Translations under genes and position numbers: made by a program
In this document: piece by piece, positions 60,219 through 64,000 of the stretch
Layout of the letters: the number at the start of each line of letters is the position of its first letter
How positions within the stretch are numbered: position 1 is the stretch's first letter
Origin: a virus
Virus record (IMG/VR): IMGVR_UViG_3300009788_000003
Location: 25,324-89,323 of that record
Reading direction: 5' to 3' (one strand)
Length of the DNA stretch: 64,000 nucleotides
Notes under the pieces: model-generated
The model's input: only the letters and a program-made list of their open reading frames with translations
What the model was told of the DNA's origin: nothing
The model's database searches: none

Positions 60219-60839
60219 TTATTCTAATTCTAGAAAATGATTATCAATGTGAGTCCGAAGAACCCCCCCATATTGTTGATTAATATAATCCAGTGTTTCA
60301 ACGTAGATTACTATCTGCCTTCCCTGACTGTGGCTATTGAGAACCCAACTAAGTACGTTGCTCATTTCCCACGTTGCCACATTCCCACCCTCAGATTTAT
60401 CTAGTGCAAAATTTGGAATACAAATCAATTTGCTCTTAGGTGGATTTCCCGCTTTGATTTCTTTGATCAGGTCTTGAAGCGTAATGAATCGAGAATCAAT
60501 AAAGTTACGGGTCAATACCCCTATCATGCTGTACATTCTGTCTATGAAATTATGGTTGCTTTCGATTACTGCCCCGCTAATTCCTTTGATGAACTGCCTA
60601 CCGAAATCTTCCAGATAGGCAACATCCTTTGATAGCAAAATTCCTTCTGAAGTATTGTAAATAAAATATTCTGGAATCCCTGCTTGCTCTGCGTACATCT
60701 CAATATTCTGAACCATACGCCAGTGCTTTTGATAATTGAGAATGCCTGTCTGGTAATATTCCGCATAGGTTTTCATGTGATGCTTTTCATCTTCCGATAG
60801 GTCATCACCTTCAATGTCTGTCTTTAATTTAATTCCCAC
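60219..60839 (-). CDS. Degenerate DnaC/IstB-like helicase loader
   Basis: AGIPEYF and FITLQDLI; located between the initiator and DnaB genes; no Walker A. Confidence 0.45.
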   Translation of the reverse strand: MGIKLKTDIEGDDLSEDEKHHMKTYAEYYQTGILNYQKHWRMVQNIEMYAEQAGIPEYFIYNTSEGILLSKDVAYLEDFGRQFIKGISGAVIESNHNFIDRMYSMIGVLTRNFIDSRFITLQDLIKEIKAGNPPKSKLICIPNFALDKSEGGNVATWEMSNVLSWVLNSHSQGRQIVIYVETLDYINQQYGGVLRTHIDNHFLELE

Positions 60840-61764
60840 TGTCTTTCCCCACGGCTTTTAACAATGCCTTGGTATGTGCATCCGTTACTGTCTTCTTCGT
60901 TACTTTGATTTTCTTGGTTTTGATCTTAGTATCACTTTTCTTCTGGAAGAATTGCAGAGCTAAATTAGAATGGTAAATAAAGAAATTCATATTAGGTGAT
61001 GCAGGTTTTTTAGATAAGCCTGTTTGTAGATTTACATATTTAACAAATGGTTCCCAATTCCAAACCGCATTTTCTAATGCCTCTTTGAAACCACCTTCCA
61101 TTTTTTTTGCAACCTTGTTCATTGAACCTGCCTGTACCTGAGTAAACTTTAAATCTACTATGGCTAAGAGATGTTCATTCTGGAAATCGACACAAGCATT
61201 TCTCCAAATATCTATTGGGTTCATTATCTTCTTATTGGTCTTTTCGAATTTCACCAAATCCAAATCTTCTATTTTCATTTCTTCACCTACCCCCTTAATG
61301 GATTCGGGTATTGTGATTTTGTTTTTTGAAATCACTTTACTACTTTTACTTACTGCCTTATCTACTACCTTATTTACTAGGGTGTCACTGTGGCACTTGT
61401 CTGGTGTCACCATGATACTAGGTTGGTGTCCCTGTGGCACTAGTGCTAGTGTCATCATGACACTACCTAACCCTTTTTTCTTGGCAGATTCAATATCTAA
61501 ATCAAGATTTTTTTCACAGATTGAATATTTGTTTCTGACCCTTGGAGTTTTTTTGACAGTAATTAACTGCTGTAAAATTAAACTCTTTATGGTTCTAATA
61601 ATTGTGCTTCTGGAATACCCGCTAAGTTTTGCCAAAGTATTAAACGATGGATAGCAGAAACCCTTGTGGTCAATTTTGTCAGCAAGAATAGCCAACACCA
61701 TTTTTTCACAAGGGCTAATGTTCAGTCGGTTACGAATAACCTTCTGGGTTAGCTCAAAACTCAC
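60829..61764 (-). CDS. Replication initiator with N-terminal winged HTH (lambda O-like architecture)
   Basis: EKMVLAILAD...CYPSFNTLAKLSGYSRSTIIRTIKSL; internal iterons. Confidence 0.8.
   Translation of the reverse strand: MSFELTQKVIRNRLNISPCEKMVLAILADKIDHKGFCYPSFNTLAKLSGYSRSTIIRTIKSLILQQLITVKKTPRVRNKYSICEKNLDLDIESAKKKGLGSVMMTLALVPQGHQPSIMVTPDKCHSDTLVNKVVDKAVSKSSKVISKNKITIPESIKGVGEEMKIEDLDLVKFEKTNKKIMNPIDIWRNACVDFQNEHLLAIVDLKFTQVQAGSMNKVAKKMEGGFKEALENAVWNWEPFVKYVNLQTGLSKKPASPNMNFFIYHSNLALQFFQKKSDTKIKTKKIKVTKKTVTDAHTKALLKAVGKDSGN
61330..61464. repeat. Putative replication origin: four 17-bp iterons plus an AT-rich TACT-repeat tract
   Basis: GGTGTCACTGTGGCACT (61381), GGTGTCACCATGATACT (61403), GGTGTCCCTGTGGCACT (61425) and AGTGTCATCATGACACT (61448); spacing 22, 22 and 23 bp. 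Confidence 0.8.
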
Positions 61765-61772
61765 GAGTGAAT

Positions 61773-62363
61773 CTACTTCTTTTTAATCGGTACTACTTTT
61801 GCTTTCGTGGGTTTCTTTTCCTTCGGCGCAACAGGGGCATACATGGTCATGAAATCATCCATGCTATCCTTGATCACCTTCTTCACAGTATCATTCGTAT
61901 CACAGAAGATACCAATACTTCGAAGTACCCTGTTACCCAGATCAGTAAAGTCTTTGGTTAGGGCTTTCATTAATTCCGTATGCCCTTTCAAAGTTTGTGG
62001 GTCTCCATAATCACCCAACGCTTTAGCAGAAACCAACACGTAGGAAACTCGCTCATTACCTACCGTCAAATTTTGACCTTTGATAAATTTCGTAGCCAAC
62101 TTCTCATTCACTTCCCCGGCTTTGAAATTTGAATTGAACCAACTTTCCATGTTGTACAGGTCAATCTTTGCAGAAGGAATCATACGAATCCTTACAAAGA
62201 ATCCCACGGGTTGTCCCGCAAAATCAGTGGCAAAATCCAGTTTCAAACAATAGCGAACCCTGTCTTCAAAGATAACAAAATAATCTTCATACCCTTCACT
62301 TCCCTTAATCCTGTCCAGATTTTTAAGGGTTGTGGTTTTCTTAACCAGTTTTTCCTGTATCAT
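61773..62363 (-). CDS. Hypothetical protein
   Basis: 196 aa with AGGAG RBS. Confidence 0.55.
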   Translation of the reverse strand: MIQEKLVKKTTTLKNLDRIKGSEGYEDYFVIFEDRVRYCLKLDFATDFAGQPVGFFVRIRMIPSAKIDLYNMESWFNSNFKAGEVNEKLATKFIKGQNLTVGNERVSYVLVSAKALGDYGDPQTLKGHTELMKALTKDFTDLGNRVLRSIGIFCDTNDTVKKVIKDSMDDFMTMYAPVAPKEKKPTKAKVVPIKKK

Positions 62364-62375
62364 AATAACTATCTC

Positions 62376-63560
62376 CTATAGTCCGTGTTTCGATGATTGT
62401 AAATACTCGATGACCCACTGACATACTAAAGCCTGTGGGAAATATTTTTCACTAGTGGTTTTGCTTTGTGCCATTTTAGCACCCACCATTTTCATTCCTT
62501 CATTGAAACCTTCTGTCACTCCGAAAGTTTGCAGCAGTTGAGTAACAAAATCTTTCAACTGATCTTTGTGCAATCCCTGCAACTTTATTAATTGATCTAT
62601 CCTACCTGATCTATAAAGTTCCGTGGGGAGTGCTTCCAAATTATTACAGGTCATCACAACATATACTTTACTAGTCTTATATTGTAACCACCACAAAAGT
62701 TTAGATAACAATCTTTGGCTTGTGTCATTTTCACTATTGTCCATGAACAGCTTTTCCACTTCATCAAACAAAACAATGCACGGGCTTTCTTTGTCTAGCG
62801 TTGTGAGTGCAGCATTCAAATGATGCTCTGCTTCTCCCTGCCATTTCGATAACATGGAATTAACATCCAACAGAAATAAAGATAATCCCCATTCCCGCGC
62901 AACATATTTAGCAAATTCAGTTTTGCCTGTTCCCGCATCCCCGTACATCAGAACACCTTTAGGAACTAATCTGTGATCGACATCCGCAAACATGTAAGGT
63001 TTATTTTCAGCTACCCACGCACACAAGTTATTTCCACCAAAATAAAAGGGGGTACTAGAATCAATTCGCGTCAATCCAGTTTGATGAATGAATAATCTTT
63101 CTTTGGTTTTGCGGATACTCTCCACTGAAATCTGATCGTAATAAATAGAGCACAGGGAAAGTGTTTGTTTGATATGTTGAACCGTTAGACCCTTGAGATA
63201 GGCAACGGATTCTTTGAGAATTTTCTTTGGGATTTCACCTTCAAGCATCTGGTGAATTGTTTTTTCATCTGGGACTAACTCCCCGCATTCCATCAGTCGG
63301 GGGTCTGGGTCATGATTGATAAATATTACTGAGTATTCATTTTGCTCAGCATCATTATAAAGATCGTTAAGAGTATTTTCTTTTGAATTACCAATGGAAT
63401 AATATAGGGGGGGTTGATGTTCATTCGCGGTATGCTTGGAAGCCAATGACATCACATTGAAAGAAGGGAATAATCCCCGCAGAACAAATTCAATATGAAG
63501 TAGGTCAGTAGACCTAACAGAAATAAGCGGAATCAATCCACTCACTGCTTTCTTAATCAT
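62376..63560 (-). CDS. AAA+ ATPase (Ycf46-like)
   Basis: PKGVLMYGDAGTGKT, VLFDEVEK and TCNN...LPTELYRSGRID. Confidence 0.88.
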   Translation of the reverse strand: MIKKAVSGLIPLISVRSTDLLHIEFVLRGLFPSFNVMSLASKHTANEHQPPLYYSIGNSKENTLNDLYNDAEQNEYSVIFINHDPDPRLMECGELVPDEKTIHQMLEGEIPKKILKESVAYLKGLTVQHIKQTLSLCSIYYDQISVESIRKTKERLFIHQTGLTRIDSSTPFYFGGNNLCAWVAENKPYMFADVDHRLVPKGVLMYGDAGTGKTEFAKYVAREWGLSLFLLDVNSMLSKWQGEAEHHLNAALTTLDKESPCIVLFDEVEKLFMDNSENDTSQRLLSKLLWWLQYKTSKVYVVMTCNNLEALPTELYRSGRIDQLIKLQGLHKDQLKDFVTQLLQTFGVTEGFNEGMKMVGAKMAQSKTTSEKYFPQALVCQWVIEYLQSSKHGL

Positions 63561-63656
63561 TAACTATCCCCTAGTTATTTGTAGCTTACTGCTTGTTCAT
63601 CTAAAAGTAAAATGCTCCCACCCAATTGATAGGGAATTTAACGAGAGCATGTACCA

Positions 63657-63685
63657 AGCTTAGACTACTTTAAAATATTTGTCAA
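63657..63685 (-). promoter_or_regulatory. Promoter TTGACA-17-TAAGCT for the replication operon
   Basis: TTGACAAATATTTTAAAGTAGTCTAAGCT. Confidence 0.7.
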
Positions 63686-63692
63686 GCTGTTT

Positions 63693-63974
63693 TTAAAATT
63701 TGGGTTTGTTTAGGTTCTCTAACCATTCAGCATAATCAACTATCTCAAGCGGAAATTCTCCTGCTTCCATCTTAGTCATGTAGGCAGTAACTTCTTCAAT
63801 ATGTTTACTCGCCCACTTGTCTTCCTCAATTCTGGCATTCAAGCCATTCAATCTATAAGCTTGTCTGCGTAAAATCTCAGGAATCATTTCAGCATACATT
63901 TCTTTAGCAGCTTCAACAGCGTCTTCATAAGTTACATAAATCGGCTTCTCAGGATTGTAGAATTTTCCACGCAT
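63693..63974 (-). CDS. Hypothetical protein (start may lie beyond the window)
   Basis: ORF track; window edge. Confidence 0.45.
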   Translation of the reverse strand: MRGKFYNPEKPIYVTYEDAVEAAKEMYAEMIPEILRRQAYRLNGLNARIEEDKWASKHIEEVTAYMTKMEAGEFPLEIVDYAEWLENLNKPKF

Positions 63975-64000
63975 ATCAGACCAAGAACCATCAGGGGCAG

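Larger units (their letters stand above)
1395..60936. repeat. Dispersed 18-bp imperfect palindrome TTTGAT-ACTAAG-ATCAAA (about 15 copies)
   Basis: Copies start near 1395, 7765, 12792, 13121, 18928, 25545, 31145, 37272, 37796, 38565, 40565, 42441, 47304, 50689 and 60919. Confidence 0.85.

Noticed and set aside
126-62823. Many plus-strand ORFs in the track (for example 126-440, 3563-4012, 5881-6366, 27998-28525, 34085-34630, 61160-61654)
   Set aside because: They are antisense shadows of well-supported minus-strand genes, with no RBS or motifs.
1-64000. Alternative genetic code (TAG or TAA reassignment)
   Set aside because: Long genes are intact under the standard bacterial code, and TAG and TAA both end many genes normally. 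Only two isolated suspicious stops were found, and they are of different types.
1-64000. Integrase, repressor/lysogeny module or transposase
   Set aside because: No recombinase or transposase motifs in this window; lifestyle cannot be settled from a partial genome.

Overview
This window is about 64 kb of a tailed dsDNA phage genome. It looks like a siphovirus (long tape measure protein, tail tube gene, no sheath gene seen). The host is probably a Gram-negative, gammaproteobacteria-like bacterium, inferred from sigma70 promoters, CRP-like boxes and a CsrA-like gene. Almost all genes are on the minus strand. Layout from left to right: tail and head module (1-11.8 kb: tape measure, frameshifted tail chaperone, tail tube, capsid, XkdF-like protease and scaffold, MuF-zeta-toxin fusion, portal); family A DNA polymerase; a cluster with a truncated PPDK-like dikinase, two CX5R phosphatases and a CsrA-like protein (15.5-22.5 kb); nucleotide metabolism and many short early ORFs (23-35 kb); a divergent plus-strand unit that starts with about 860 nt of ORF-poor, densely base-paired sequence (35.5-36.3 kb); a non-coding putative terminus or packaging region; terminase (TerL carries one in-frame stop); more early ORFs, ThyX and MazG; and a recombination/replication module with an iteron origin inside the initiator gene. 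The best candidates for undescribed biology are the large structured RNA with tRNA-like T-arms, the dikinase/phosphatase cluster, the MuF-zeta toxin with a putative immunity gene, and a genome-wide 18-bp palindromic element. All calls come from reading motifs by eye; no searches or folding programs were run.
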